Positions 26,850 through 36,782 of a stretch of 64,000 nt of DNA are shown in pieces. The stretch spans positions 4,128,001-4,192,000 of the forward strand of contig OY759316.1 in NCBI GenBank assembly GCA_963662275.1, given 5' to 3'. Numbering within the stretch: the first letter of the stretch is position 1; each line of letters starts with the position of its first letter. Below the pieces are notes generated by a model, which saw only the letters and a program-made list of their open reading frames with translations, did not search any database and was not told where the DNA came from. The position numbers and the translations under genes were made by a program. The DNA comes from Candidatus Cloacimonadales bacterium (GTDB lineage Bacteria > Cloacimonadota > Cloacimonadia > Cloacimonadales > DAONDQ01).

Positions 26850-27462
26850 CTGGGATAGACATGTATGTCTATCATCTGTTTGAAATTAGCATTAAGAAAG
26901 ACACATGTACTACAACCGCGTAAATGCGGAGCTACTAATCAGCAGGATCGGCATTCTGCTCTACGTTCAGAACTTTTCGATCTAGCGGGTAAAAGATAGA
27001 ACATTCTCACTTTATTTCACATGCAATATTTATTCATTTTTTTGAAAATCTTTGCCAGAAAGTTAAATATGTAGAGCAGGATGCCGATCCTGCTGAAAGA
27101 AATCTCGTGCGTGGAGTAAGATTCCGATCTTACTGAATATTCAGCTTATGTTTACTTCAGTTTGTTTGTAGGGATAAACCCACGTGTTTATCCTCTTGCA
27201 TAAAACATATGATTACAATTCAAATTGATACCTGAGTAGAGGATAGACACATGAGTATACATGTATTGCGTGTTCAGTAGGATCGGAATCCTACTCCACG
27301 TTTTAGATTCAGCAGGAACGGCGTCCTACACTACAAGACAAAGGGTCAGCAGAAGCTGACCCGTATAATGATATTCTTTCAGCAAGAACGGCGTCTTGCT
27401 CAATACGAGATACCCACTGAAGTGGTTGCTACATATTCAGCAAGAACGGCGTCTTGCTTTAC
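26850..27462. repeat. Dense cluster of GTAG-type REP palindromes (BIME/REPIN-like)
   Basis: Copies at 26941, 27071, 27111, 27276, 27311, 27381 and 27439, plus other palindromes at 26850, 27168, 27236 and 27343. Confidence 0.8.
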
Positions 27463-27467
27463 AGATA

Positions 27468-28598
27468 TTATTCTTCAATTACTTCGACATTCGCACGTGG
27501 AATGGTGATGGTTGTACCATCTTCCAATTTAGCTTCCAGGACACGCACTTTTGTTTCGCTTTCCACAACGGTAAGTAATTCCGGCAATCCTGTCACCCTG
27601 CCAATCTTTCCAAAGCCAGGCTGACGAATCACACGGATGAGAGTTCCAATATCCAAGGTTGGCATAGCTGCCTCTTTCACGATTAATTCACTTTCATCGA
27701 AGGGCAGAGGTATGATTAGTTCAGGTCGCATAACACCTGCACGAATCTGTGTTTTGCCGTGAATAGATGCGTTACTGCCATCGAATTTCTTCAGCAGGTC
27801 ATACGTTTTCTTTGCCATATTGATTGGTCCAAAACCTTCTGTTACCAGGATAGTGATCCCAAGGTTTTCATGACCGGTAATTGCCACACCGATATCATAA
27901 CCCAGCAGCTTCTTGAGTTCCTGGTCATCAATACCACCTGTGATGATCGCATTCACACCTACTTGTCGTGCTTTCTGTATCACATCATAACTGCACATCT
28001 TACCGGACACGATGATTTGTCCTTTATTAGAGTCATTTAACATATCCACGGTAATTTCAGTTTCAGGAGATTTTGCTAACACATTAATAACACCTAAAGT
28101 CTCGCCCCCAATCCCAAAGATACCTTGGATATAGGCTGATTTGTTCTCAACCTCAACCCCTTCTTTCTCAATCACTTTTGTAATGATGCCATCAATGAAG
28201 GCTTTGATCTGAACCGGAATCCGAGGTTCACGAAGCAGGATTTGACCTGTTAGTTTCGAAATGCTTTCCACTTCTCCATCAATTGGAGATTTCACAGAAT
28301 TCTTCATGAAGCCCATACCGAAAAGACCTTTATTTTCTGCCAATATCTGGTTCTTTGTAATTTGCTGACCTGGTGCCACTTTAATAAATTGATTAATCAT
28401 GGCAGGAGTCACACCAAGTTTATTTGCCAAATTCAAGGGCAAAACCTTCCCTGGTAGCGAAGTTTCAGCAACAAGGTCTTCTGCCTTGACCTTATCCCCT
28501 TTTTTTACGAGAACAGTGCCTTTGAGAGGCAGGATGCGTTCCTTACGAAGGACTATGTTATCGGTTACACTTAAACCGGGAGAATATGCTTGTGCCAT
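27468..28598 (-). CDS. Conserved hypothetical protein with barrel-sandwich-hybrid-like repeats
   Basis: GTVLVKKGDKVKAEDLVA, SPIDGEVESI; C-terminal SH3/KOW-like segment; 9 bp from the glmL-like gene. Confidence 0.75.
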   Translation of the reverse strand: MAQAYSPGLSVTDNIVLRKERILPLKGTVLVKKGDKVKAEDLVAETSLPGKVLPLNLANKLGVTPAMINQFIKVAPGQQITKNQILAENKGLFGMGFMKNSVKSPIDGEVESISKLTGQILLREPRIPVQIKAFIDGIITKVIEKEGVEVENKSAYIQGIFGIGGETLGVINVLAKSPETEITVDMLNDSNKGQIIVSGKMCSYDVIQKARQVGVNAIITGGIDDQELKKLLGYDIGVAITGHENLGITILVTEGFGPINMAKKTYDLLKKFDGSNASIHGKTQIRAGVMRPELIIPLPFDESELIVKEAAMPTLDIGTLIRVIRQPGFGKIGRVTGLPELLTVVESETKVRVLEAKLEDGTTITIPRANVEVIEE

Positions 28599-28607
28599 TT
28601 CTGCCTC

Positions 28608-30470
28608 CTATGAAATAATTTGATCAGGATACGCTTTCAATTCTCGCATCCATTTTTTTAGCAAAGGAACACGTTCCGCTGCTTCTGTAGGCAACACAAA
28701 CGGTTTACGTCCACGAGTATCGAGAACGATACCAACCACACCACCATGTAAGACTGTCTCCAAGACTTTGTCTTTACCGGCACCGACATCTAATCCGCTG
28801 CCTGGCTTTAAGACTGCTTTGGCAGTCTGATCCAATCCACATGGAAGTAAACGAATTTCACCGAACTTGATATCTTCTTCAAATATTTTACCATCAGGAA
28901 GTTCAATACGAGCAGATAGAGCAACTTTATCGGGTTTAATCTTTCCAACAGGAGCTACACAAGAACCCAAATAAATAAGGCAATCCTTGTGGAACACTTC
29001 CGTGGCTGCTTTCTTACTAATCTCAGCTAGTACACCCAAGTGAGGCATCATAAAAATGGAATCCACCGCCAGCCTGGTCACACCTTCAGGTAGGAAGGCA
29101 TCAATCATCATCATGACACTCTGATGTCTACGAGGTGCATGGGAAAGAACACCACCGCTGCCAACTAAAAGCGCCAGGGACATCATATCGACGATAGTAT
29201 CACCTGATGTCGATTGGCTGAAGGCTTCAGAAATTTCACGTGTTTTTTGTGTTCCCTTCAAAGAAACGGCAAATGACTTATGTTGAATGAAAGCCAGGCG
29301 TAAAGCCTCTTTCGCAATTGCCTGTTCCAAGACTAATTCTTCAAGTAAATTAGGAATCGTAGTCGGACGTATCATTTTATTCTTGATCATATTCCGTAAT
29401 TCAGACTGGTCAATATCGAAAGGTACCCAGCGCAATATATTAGCAAGTCCCGTTGAAGCAAGGACGTTGGAAATACTATAACTCATACCAAGATTAGCAC
29501 TCACTGTTCTGTTAAAGACAAAGTCTTTGGTAAATACTGAAAAAACGTCAGTCGTTGCACCACCGATATCCACACCCAATACTTCAATTTGTTCTTCTTG
29601 AGCAATGGTTTTCATGATATTACCCACTGCACCGGGTGTAGGCATGATTGGGACATTGACACCATCAGGACCCACAGTCCATTCCATTAATTTATTGTAG
29701 CCGGGAGCTTGTGCCATCACATGTTCCATGAAAAGATCATGAATTTTATCACGAGCTGGTCCCAGGTTCTCCGCGTCCAATGTGGGTCGGATATTTTCTG
29801 TTATTATTAAATCTACACTGTCACCAAGAATGGATTTGATTTCTTCCCTGGCCTCTTTGTTTCCGGCATATATAACAGGAAGCTTATAGCTTGAACCCAA
29901 ACGGGGACGAGGATCTGCTGCACGTACCAATTCAGCCATTTCGAGAACATGCTTGGTTGTACCACCGTCAACTCCACCAGCCATTAATATCATATCCGGA
30001 CGAAGATGCCGGATTCTTTCAATTTTTTCATGATCTAATCTCTTGTCATTACTGGCAATCAAATCCATGACAATTGCACCTGCACCTAAAGCTGCACGTT
30101 CAGCACTTTCACCCGTCATCTTAGCGACAACACCGGTAACCATCATCTGTAATCCGCCACCTGCAGAACTTGTGGAGACATAAGCATCTGCCCCTTCGTC
30201 GCCATTCCTCGGTATGATCAGATGATCCTTATCGATTAATCTGATCTTAGGATTGTTGTACTTCAATCGAGCTATTTCTTCCAGCTCCTGCACAGCATTC
30301 AGAACTCCCCTGGTCACATCGTTCAAAGGAGCTTCCACTGTTGTAGGTGCTTCTCCACGAACTGTCTGGCGATATTCTCCATCAATGTACTCTATCAGGA
30401 TCGCCTTCGTGGTTGTACTGCCACAGTCTGTGGCAATAATCTTCGTTAGACGGCTATGATCATACTGCAT
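28608..30470 (-). CDS. GlmL/MutL (glutamate mutase L) family actin-like ATPase
   Basis: DCGSTTTK, SSAGGGL, AALGAGA, GGVDGG, PTPGAV, DIGGATTDVFS, GSGGVL. Confidence 0.85.
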   Translation of the reverse strand: MQYDHSRLTKIIATDCGSTTTKAILIEYIDGEYRQTVRGEAPTTVEAPLNDVTRGVLNAVQELEEIARLKYNNPKIRLIDKDHLIIPRNGDEGADAYVSTSSAGGGLQMMVTGVVAKMTGESAERAALGAGAIVMDLIASNDKRLDHEKIERIRHLRPDMILMAGGVDGGTTKHVLEMAELVRAADPRPRLGSSYKLPVIYAGNKEAREEIKSILGDSVDLIITENIRPTLDAENLGPARDKIHDLFMEHVMAQAPGYNKLMEWTVGPDGVNVPIMPTPGAVGNIMKTIAQEEQIEVLGVDIGGATTDVFSVFTKDFVFNRTVSANLGMSYSISNVLASTGLANILRWVPFDIDQSELRNMIKNKMIRPTTIPNLLEELVLEQAIAKEALRLAFIQHKSFAVSLKGTQKTREISEAFSQSTSGDTIVDMMSLALLVGSGGVLSHAPRRHQSVMMMIDAFLPEGVTRLAVDSIFMMPHLGVLAEISKKAATEVFHKDCLIYLGSCVAPVGKIKPDKVALSARIELPDGKIFEEDIKFGEIRLLPCGLDQTAKAVLKPGSGLDVGAGKDKVLETVLHGGVVGIVLDTRGRKPFVLPTEAAERVPLLKKWMRELKAYPDQIIS

Positions 30471-30483
30471 ACCGTTCCTCCGT

Positions 30484-30855
30484 TTATTTATGAATCATTT
30501 TGTTAAACCATTGTCTTATCATATTTCTTCTTCTCTTTCTCAAAATAGCTGTCTGTTTTCGTTGTTCACGATGCATTTCTTCATCCAATTCATCGATACG
30601 TTTCACAAGCATATTCACATATTCATCATTATCCAGCATCGCTGCAAATTCCTGGTATGCTTTGCTGTCGAAAAGTATTTCTGCTATCGGAAGCACAAAA
30701 TACATTAACTGACTACTGATAGAATGCAAAGGTCTTAAAGATTCAATCGTCATAATTGCTGCGGGAGCCATATGTCGTTCCACTATGAATTTTGACATTT
30801 TTTCTATCAGCTCTCCAGCTTTCTGAGGAGAAATCTCGACTATCAAATCCTTCAT
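30484..30855 (-). CDS. Hypothetical protein
   Basis: 123-aa ORF, ATGA overlap with the comF-like gene. Confidence 0.75.
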   Translation of the reverse strand: MKDLIVEISPQKAGELIEKMSKFIVERHMAPAAIMTIESLRPLHSISSQLMYFVLPIAEILFDSKAYQEFAAMLDNDEYVNMLVKRIDELDEEMHREQRKQTAILRKRRRNMIRQWFNKMIHK

Positions 30856-31577
30856 GCTCTTCCTATCGTCAAAACGTAGATTTTACCTGGATGTGCTTTT
30901 TTAAGCTCTCGACAAGCTGCCTGAACTGTTGCTCCAGTTGTGAACACATCATCAAGCAACAGAATATTTTGCTGTTTTAAGTCAACCAATTTCTTAATGC
31001 TAAAAGCTTGTTCCACATTCTTACGCCTTTTTGCCTTTATTAAATTTGCCTGTGGAACGGTAGCCTTTTTTCTGAATAGAATATCTGTTCTGAAACACCA
31101 CTTCATCTTCCCCGCAATATGTTGGGCAATTAAACTAGATTGATTATAGCCTCGTTGTCTTTTTCTAACTGAATGCAGAGGTATCGCTGTAATGATATTC
31201 GAATCCATGAATATCTTATTTCTTTCTAAGAATAACAAAGCTTTTTCACTTAGATATCCTGCAATACCTGGCATATCTCCAAATTTCAAATAATGAATTA
31301 AGGTTCGTATTGGTCCTTTATATTCATAAATCGAAACTGCCCGATCGAATAGTATTTCATTTTCCTGACAATAAAAGCAAATTTGATCCTGTATGGGAAA
31401 ACCACATACAGGACACTGGATATTGGTCAACAAATGCAAATCAGCTTCACATTCTGAACAGAGATACTCAGTCTGTCTTACAATCCTTCTGTTGCAGTGC
31501 AGACATACAGGAGGAAAGATCAAATCAAAGACTGCACTCAAAAAAATGTGTAAGAGACTGAAAAATCCCTTTTCCAT
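30852..31577 (-). CDS. comF: ComF family protein (double zinc ribbon + phosphoribosyltransferase); start uncertain
   Basis: CxxC motifs, IPLH..R..RGYNQS, LLLDDVFTTGAT. Confidence 0.88.
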   Translation of the reverse strand: MEKGFFSLLHIFLSAVFDLIFPPVCLHCNRRIVRQTEYLCSECEADLHLLTNIQCPVCGFPIQDQICFYCQENEILFDRAVSIYEYKGPIRTLIHYLKFGDMPGIAGYLSEKALLFLERNKIFMDSNIITAIPLHSVRKRQRGYNQSSLIAQHIAGKMKWCFRTDILFRKKATVPQANLIKAKRRKNVEQAFSIKKLVDLKQQNILLLDDVFTTGATVQAACRELKKAHPGKIYVLTIGRA

Positions 31578-32229
31578 CTTGGCTGACCAGAATATCTTCA
31601 GCCGCACGTTCCGGGTGTGGCATCATACCGAGTATATTTCTCTTTTGATTACAAATCCCTGCTATATTCGAAATTGAACCATTAGGATTTGAATCCTCCG
31701 TAATCTTACCTGATTTATCACAGTAACGGAAAATGATTCTTCCATTATCTTCTAATTCCTTCAGACCATCAGGTTCTATGAAATAATTTCCTTCCTTATG
31801 AGCAATGGGAATATCCAGGATTTTCCCCAACTCAATCCGATTGGTAAAGGCAGTGTCTGTATCTTCAACAGAAATAAACTGATGTTGACAAATAAATTGA
31901 AGAGACCTATTCACCAACAATGCCCCTGGCAGTAAACCGCTTTCCGTTAAAATCTGAAAACCATTGCATATCCCCAGTACTAATCCGCCACTATTTGCAA
32001 ACTGAATAACTTCTCCCACGATAGGAGAGAACTTAGCCAATGCACCGCAACGGAGATAATCACCATAGGAAAATCCCCCTGGTAGTATTACCAGATCAGG
32101 TTTTTGGAGATCATGATCTTTATGCCAAATCAGGACAGGATGCCAATCCTGGAGTTCTGCTGCATGATAAGCATCATGATCACAATTTGAACCTGGAAAT
32201 TGGATGATACTCACACGTATATTAGCCAT
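31525..32229 (-). CDS. purQ: FGAM synthase glutaminase subunit
   Basis: FPGSNCD, PGGFSYGDYLR, GICNGFQ, NPNGS, GMMPHPER. Confidence 0.97.
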   Translation of the reverse strand: MANIRVSIIQFPGSNCDHDAYHAAELQDWHPVLIWHKDHDLQKPDLVILPGGFSYGDYLRCGALAKFSPIVGEVIQFANSGGLVLGICNGFQILTESGLLPGALLVNRSLQFICQHQFISVEDTDTAFTNRIELGKILDIPIAHKEGNYFIEPDGLKELEDNGRIIFRYCDKSGKITEDSNPNGSISNIAGICNQKRNILGMMPHPERAAEDILVSQDGKGIFQSLTHFFECSL

Positions 32230-32476
32230 TTTCTCTCACGATTTCATAGACATATACTTCTGTATTCGGATTTGCCAGCACTTTATTACATATTGCTTCC
32301 ACTTCTTCAGAGATAACCCCGTCATCTGCATCTTCAAAGAACATTTCCATGTATTTGCTGATGCGCGTTTCCTGAACATTCGCATAGCCCAGGTTATGAA
32401 GCACATTCGTGACAGCAGCCCCTTGTGGATCTAAAACGCTGGGTTTTAAAGTTACATATATCTTCACTTTTACCAT
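32222..32476 (-). CDS. purS: FGAM synthase subunit PurS
   Basis: LKPSVLDPQG, LANP..E.Y. Confidence 0.95.
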   Translation of the reverse strand: MVKVKIYVTLKPSVLDPQGAAVTNVLHNLGYANVQETRISKYMEMFFEDADDGVISEEVEAICNKVLANPNTEVYVYEIVRENG

Positions 32477-32491
32477 TTGATATCCCATATT

Positions 32492-33106
32492 TTAGGATTT
32501 GATAATCACTGGTTTAGATAATTCGCAAAGGATAGTTTCACCAGCTTTCACAATATCTCCATTTTTTATTGGAATTGGTTGAGACAGGATACTTTCATTA
32601 AATCTCAATGTCACATTGAATGTACCTAGCATCAATCCTAATAAACTGCCCATGACTTTTCCATGATCATGAAAGAATATCGGAGTTTTTTCCCCGAAAC
32701 TCATTTGTATCTCATGATTTCCATAGCTAATCTCTATCTCTGAATCAATTACTTTCTCCTGTATATCAATCGGACATCTCAGTTCAATTGGATCAAAGAA
32801 GGATTTATTGATTCGTATCTTGATCATTCCATTGCTTTGTTCAACAGAAATCACTTTTCCATGAACCGGAGAAACAATTACATTATCCTGTTCTGGTATG
32901 GCAGGATTGCCAATACGATATAGGAATATAACAGCCAGGTATGCAACAAGTGATAGACCCATCAGTATTGATATGTATGGTATTTGAATCCTACCCAACT
33001 TAAGAATAAACCCTAATACTATGATGATAATGGGTAACAACGCAGTCTTATACTTTTGAAACTGCCATTGTCGAATGCAATTCATCGGCATTATTTTATC
33101 TATCAT
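32492..33106 (-). CDS. Degenerate phosphatidylserine decarboxylase-like membrane protein
   Basis: Two TM segments, IVSPVHGKV and VKAGETIL resemble Psd; catalytic motifs altered. Confidence 0.55.
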   Translation of the reverse strand: MIDKIMPMNCIRQWQFQKYKTALLPIIIIVLGFILKLGRIQIPYISILMGLSLVAYLAVIFLYRIGNPAIPEQDNVIVSPVHGKVISVEQSNGMIKIRINKSFFDPIELRCPIDIQEKVIDSEIEISYGNHEIQMSFGEKTPIFFHDHGKVMGSLLGLMLGTFNVTLRFNESILSQPIPIKNGDIVKAGETILCELSKPVIIKS

Positions 33107-34401
33107 TCTAATACTCCCGTTCTTTTTAGTAGAAAATCTACATGTCTCCGATATCGATCATCGGAAAAGATTTCTTTGATCTCCTGCTCATTTAAATATC
33201 CCAATATCTCTATATCATTTAAGATAAGATCTAGAAATGGCTTCTTTGTTTCATAGCATTCCATGGCATTGCGTTGAACTATGGAATAAGCATCTTCGCG
33301 ATTAACACCCTTTTGAGCAAGGGCAAGCAATACTCCCTGCGAATAGATCAGACCATGTGTCAATTCAAGATTTTTCCTCATCTTATCCGGGTAAACAGTT
33401 AGACGGTCTACCAGATCAATCATCTTAACCATCATATAATGAAGCAATATTGTCGAATCAGGTAATATGATACGTTCAACAGATGAATGACTGATATCCC
33501 GCTCATGCCATAAAGCGTTATCTTCAAATGCAGCCATGGCATTGCTCCGTAAGAGTCTTGCCAAACCGCATATTTGTTCTGATACAATAGGATTACGTTT
33601 ATGAGGCATCGCAGATGAGCCTTTTTGACCTTGACTGAAGTTCTCTTCCACTTCAGCTACTTCTGTTCTCTGTAAATGACGTATTTCCATTGCGATTTTT
33701 TCTACTGTGGAACCGATGATCGCAATACATGAAAGAAACTCTGCATGCCGGTCTCGCTGAATTACTTGTGTCGATATTTTCACAGGCTGCAAATCCAAAT
33801 ACTTACAAGTAAGTTCTTCCACTTTGGGTGATATATGTGCATAATTTCCAACAGCTCCTGAAAGCTGTCCTACACTGATGCTTGTAATTGCCTGTTTCAT
33901 GCGTTGAATATTGCGTTGCATTTCATCATACCATAAGGCAAATTTCAATCCGAATGTTGTTGGTTCTGCGTGAATACCATGAGATCGACCTATCGTCATA
34001 ACGTAGCGATATTCTTTGGATTTATGACGAAGTATTTCGGAAAAACGATACATTTCAGCAAGTATCAGTTCTCCTGCCTGTTTTAACTGCAAGGCAGTAG
34101 CGGTATCCAAGATATCGGATGAAGTGATTCCATAATGAATCCACCTGGAGGCAGGACCAACATATTCTGCTACATTCGTAAGAAAGGCAATCACGTCATG
34201 CCTGGTTACTTCTTCGATTTCCAATACTCGATCTGGATCGAAATCCGCTTTCTCCAGTATCACTTTCAAATCGCTATCGGGGATGATGCCGATTTGATTC
34301 ATCGCCTTACACGCAGCAAGCTCTACATCCAGCCAAGTCTGGTAACGATTCGTCAAATCCCATACTTTCCCCATCTCGGGACGTGTATAACGTTCAATCA
34401 T
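33103..34401 (-). CDS. purB: Adenylosuccinate lyase
   Basis: HDVIAF, GRSHGIHAEPTT, GSSAMPHKRNP, HERDISHSS. Confidence 0.98.
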   Translation of the reverse strand: MIERYTRPEMGKVWDLTNRYQTWLDVELAACKAMNQIGIIPDSDLKVILEKADFDPDRVLEIEEVTRHDVIAFLTNVAEYVGPASRWIHYGITSSDILDTATALQLKQAGELILAEMYRFSEILRHKSKEYRYVMTIGRSHGIHAEPTTFGLKFALWYDEMQRNIQRMKQAITSISVGQLSGAVGNYAHISPKVEELTCKYLDLQPVKISTQVIQRDRHAEFLSCIAIIGSTVEKIAMEIRHLQRTEVAEVEENFSQGQKGSSAMPHKRNPIVSEQICGLARLLRSNAMAAFEDNALWHERDISHSSVERIILPDSTILLHYMMVKMIDLVDRLTVYPDKMRKNLELTHGLIYSQGVLLALAQKGVNREDAYSIVQRNAMECYETKKPFLDLILNDIEILGYLNEQEIKEIFSDDRYRRHVDFLLKRTGVLE

Positions 34402-34413
34402 TTTTCCCTCACA

Positions 34414-35079
34414 TTAACGCACTTCAGCGGGAAGAGTTGCCAATGAATCACAACAGGAAGTATTCACAAATTGTTCTACCTGCATTCTAATATTACCAAG
34501 TTTGTTGATCTCTATATTGATTACACTTGGCTCGTTATTCCGATATTGAATCATAATATTCTGCTTTTTGTCTTGAGATATGATTTGAGATAGCTGCATA
34601 TTCTTGAAAAATCTAAACTCAAATGTCCCTATTGTGGTTTTACCGGTCGATACAATCTCCGGCATTTTATCTTTTAATACGGTTTTAAAATCAAGATAAT
34701 GAGATAAATTCGACTGTTTAAAACCAGACCTGTTGAACATAGATTGAATCATATCCCGATAAGGAGATTCTATCGTAAGAAGCGAATCGACTTTAATACT
34801 AACAAACGGTGCAGGTTCTGCACCAAGTAAACCGCTATTAACTAAATCAAATTGTACTGAATGAGTGTACTTCTGGCAAATGAAATACTTGCGAATAACA
34901 AATGAAGATATACTGATTTCAGCCATGCCTTCCATGTGAAAACTCTGCCATTTATTGATTTCATTCTCCAGTTGCACCTGGGGCGATATTTTTGTATTAT
35001 TCAGTGCACAGGAAGAGAGCAGAATCATACACACAAAAATGGTTGCTGAGATAAGAGTTCTTTGTATCTTTTTACGCAT
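34414..35079 (-). CDS. Lipoprotein of unknown function
   Basis: MRKKIQ...ILLSSC lipobox; start moved to 35079, overlapping the lgt stop. Confidence 0.7.
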   Translation of the reverse strand: MRKKIQRTLISATIFVCMILLSSCALNNTKISPQVQLENEINKWQSFHMEGMAEISISSFVIRKYFICQKYTHSVQFDLVNSGLLGAEPAPFVSIKVDSLLTIESPYRDMIQSMFNRSGFKQSNLSHYLDFKTVLKDKMPEIVSTGKTTIGTFEFRFFKNMQLSQIISQDKKQNIMIQYRNNEPSVINIEINKLGNIRMQVEQFVNTSCCDSLATLPAEVR

Positions 35080-35893
35080 TTTGCTTACCATGAGCTGAAT
35101 AAATGACATACAGACCAATGATACCTGAAATAATCATAAGTGAACTCAATAATTGACCTTGGGTCAAGGGCAGAAAACCGTATAATAAACCGTTTTGATA
35201 AATGGAAATCTTGTCTGGCTCCCGAACGAATTCTATCAGGATTCTGAATATGCCATAGAGAATAAAAAATATCCAGAAGATTGATCCATCTCTCAGTTTT
35301 TTATGAAGAAGCCATTGACTCACAGCAAATAAGACAAATCCCTCCAGGAATAGCTCATAAAGTTGGGATGGATGACGTGGTAATTCATCTGCGTTTGGGA
35401 ATATCATACCCCAGGGTAAATTTGTTGGCTTCCCGAACAACTCACCATTAATAAAATTACCTAATCTGCCAAGTCCAAGACCAATCGCAATGAATGGCAT
35501 TGCCGGATCAGATAATTTTAAAAAGCTGAATTTATTCTTTCGACAAAAAAGCCAGGTAGACAATACAACACCTAACGCTCCCCCGTGAAAAGACATCCCC
35601 CCTTCCCAAACAGAAAATATATGTATTGGATTGGATAAATAATAAGGTAAACCGTAAAAAAGAATGTAGCCTAATCTGCCTCCAATTATCACACCAAGCA
35701 TAATGACAAAGAGATAGTTTTCATATTGATCACGAGTCATCGTGATGTTCTTTAATTTGAGATTGTTGCGATAGAATGTATATCCTATGATAAAACCAAC
35801 AACATAAAGAAAACCATACCAGGTTACTGCCAGATGAAGACCGAAAATATGAATCGGCAGGATTTCAGGATTAATGGAAGGATATTGTATCAT
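35072..35893 (-). CDS. lgt: Prolipoprotein diacylglyceryl transferase
   Basis: WYG, GGRLGY, GGMSFHGG, GRLGNFINGEL, HPSQLYE, EFVREP. Confidence 0.97.
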   Translation of the reverse strand: MIQYPSINPEILPIHIFGLHLAVTWYGFLYVVGFIIGYTFYRNNLKLKNITMTRDQYENYLFVIMLGVIIGGRLGYILFYGLPYYLSNPIHIFSVWEGGMSFHGGALGVVLSTWLFCRKNKFSFLKLSDPAMPFIAIGLGLGRLGNFINGELFGKPTNLPWGMIFPNADELPRHPSQLYELFLEGFVLFAVSQWLLHKKLRDGSIFWIFFILYGIFRILIEFVREPDKISIYQNGLLYGFLPLTQGQLLSSLMIISGIIGLYVIYSAHGKQNA

Positions 35894-35992
35894 GGATTTA
35901 CTCCACAGTTAAAATGTGGCACTCTAATTCAGAGCGTGGTATATCTTATTTATCAACATTGCCTATCACACACTCGATTACAATCCTCCAGT

Positions 35993-36775
35993 TCAAGGCA
36001 TGATCTTTTTCAAGTGTTCGATGATCTTTGCTACTGCAGCATCCGGTTCACCTTCAAACTTCTCACCATGCTTTTCCAGTTTAGGGGAAAAGATGCTGAC
36101 TACTTGAGTGGGAGAGCCATTCAAACCTACATCTTTCTCATCAAGATTCAGATCAGTGCAATTCCACACTTTCATTTCCACAGATTTCGCTTGTTTTTTT
36201 CCACGTAAAGAGGGTAAGCGTGGTGAATTTATTTCCTTAACGACAGTGATAACCGCTGGTAACGGCACTTCCAAACGATCATATCCATCTTCCATCAAAC
36301 GTTGAACAACCAAGGTTCCGTTGTTATAATTTTCAATCTTTCGAATAAAGCATGTTTGAGGTAAATTCAGATGGGCTGCAATTCCTGGACCTACTTGTGC
36401 GGTATCACCATCGATAGCCTGTTGCCCGGCAAAAATGATGTCATATTCACCAATTTTACGAATTGCTGCGGCTAATGTATAGCTTGTTGCCCAAGTATCA
36501 GCACCTGCGAATTTACGATCAGATAAAAGAATGATTTCATCCACACCAAGAGAAACCGATTCCCGCAGTGCTTCTTCCACCTGTGGAGGTCCCATGCTAA
36601 TTGCAATAACCTTACCACCATGAAGTTCCTTCATGCGGATTGCTTCCTCAATTGCATAGAGATCGAATGGATTGAGGATGCTTTCTACTCCTTCGCGGAT
36701 GAGTGTATTGGTAACCGGATCTATCTTAATTTCTGTCGTGTTGGGTACTTGTTTTAAACATACAATGATATTCAT
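35993..36775 (-). CDS. etfB: Electron transfer flavoprotein beta subunit (FixA family)
   Basis: KQVP, NPFD..AIEEA, SMGPP, GADTWAT, GQQAIDGDTAQVGP, GSPT. Confidence 0.95.
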   Translation of the reverse strand: MNIIVCLKQVPNTTEIKIDPVTNTLIREGVESILNPFDLYAIEEAIRMKELHGGKVIAISMGPPQVEEALRESVSLGVDEIILLSDRKFAGADTWATSYTLAAAIRKIGEYDIIFAGQQAIDGDTAQVGPGIAAHLNLPQTCFIRKIENYNNGTLVVQRLMEDGYDRLEVPLPAVITVVKEINSPRLPSLRGKKQAKSVEMKVWNCTDLNLDEKDVGLNGSPTQVVSIFSPKLEKHGEKFEGEPDAAVAKIIEHLKKIMP

Positions 36776-36782
36776 CTCTCAC

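Noticed and set aside
28608..30470. DNA mismatch-repair MutL
   Set aside because: The motifs are ASKHA/actin-like (GlmL family), not the GHKL ATPase of repair MutL.
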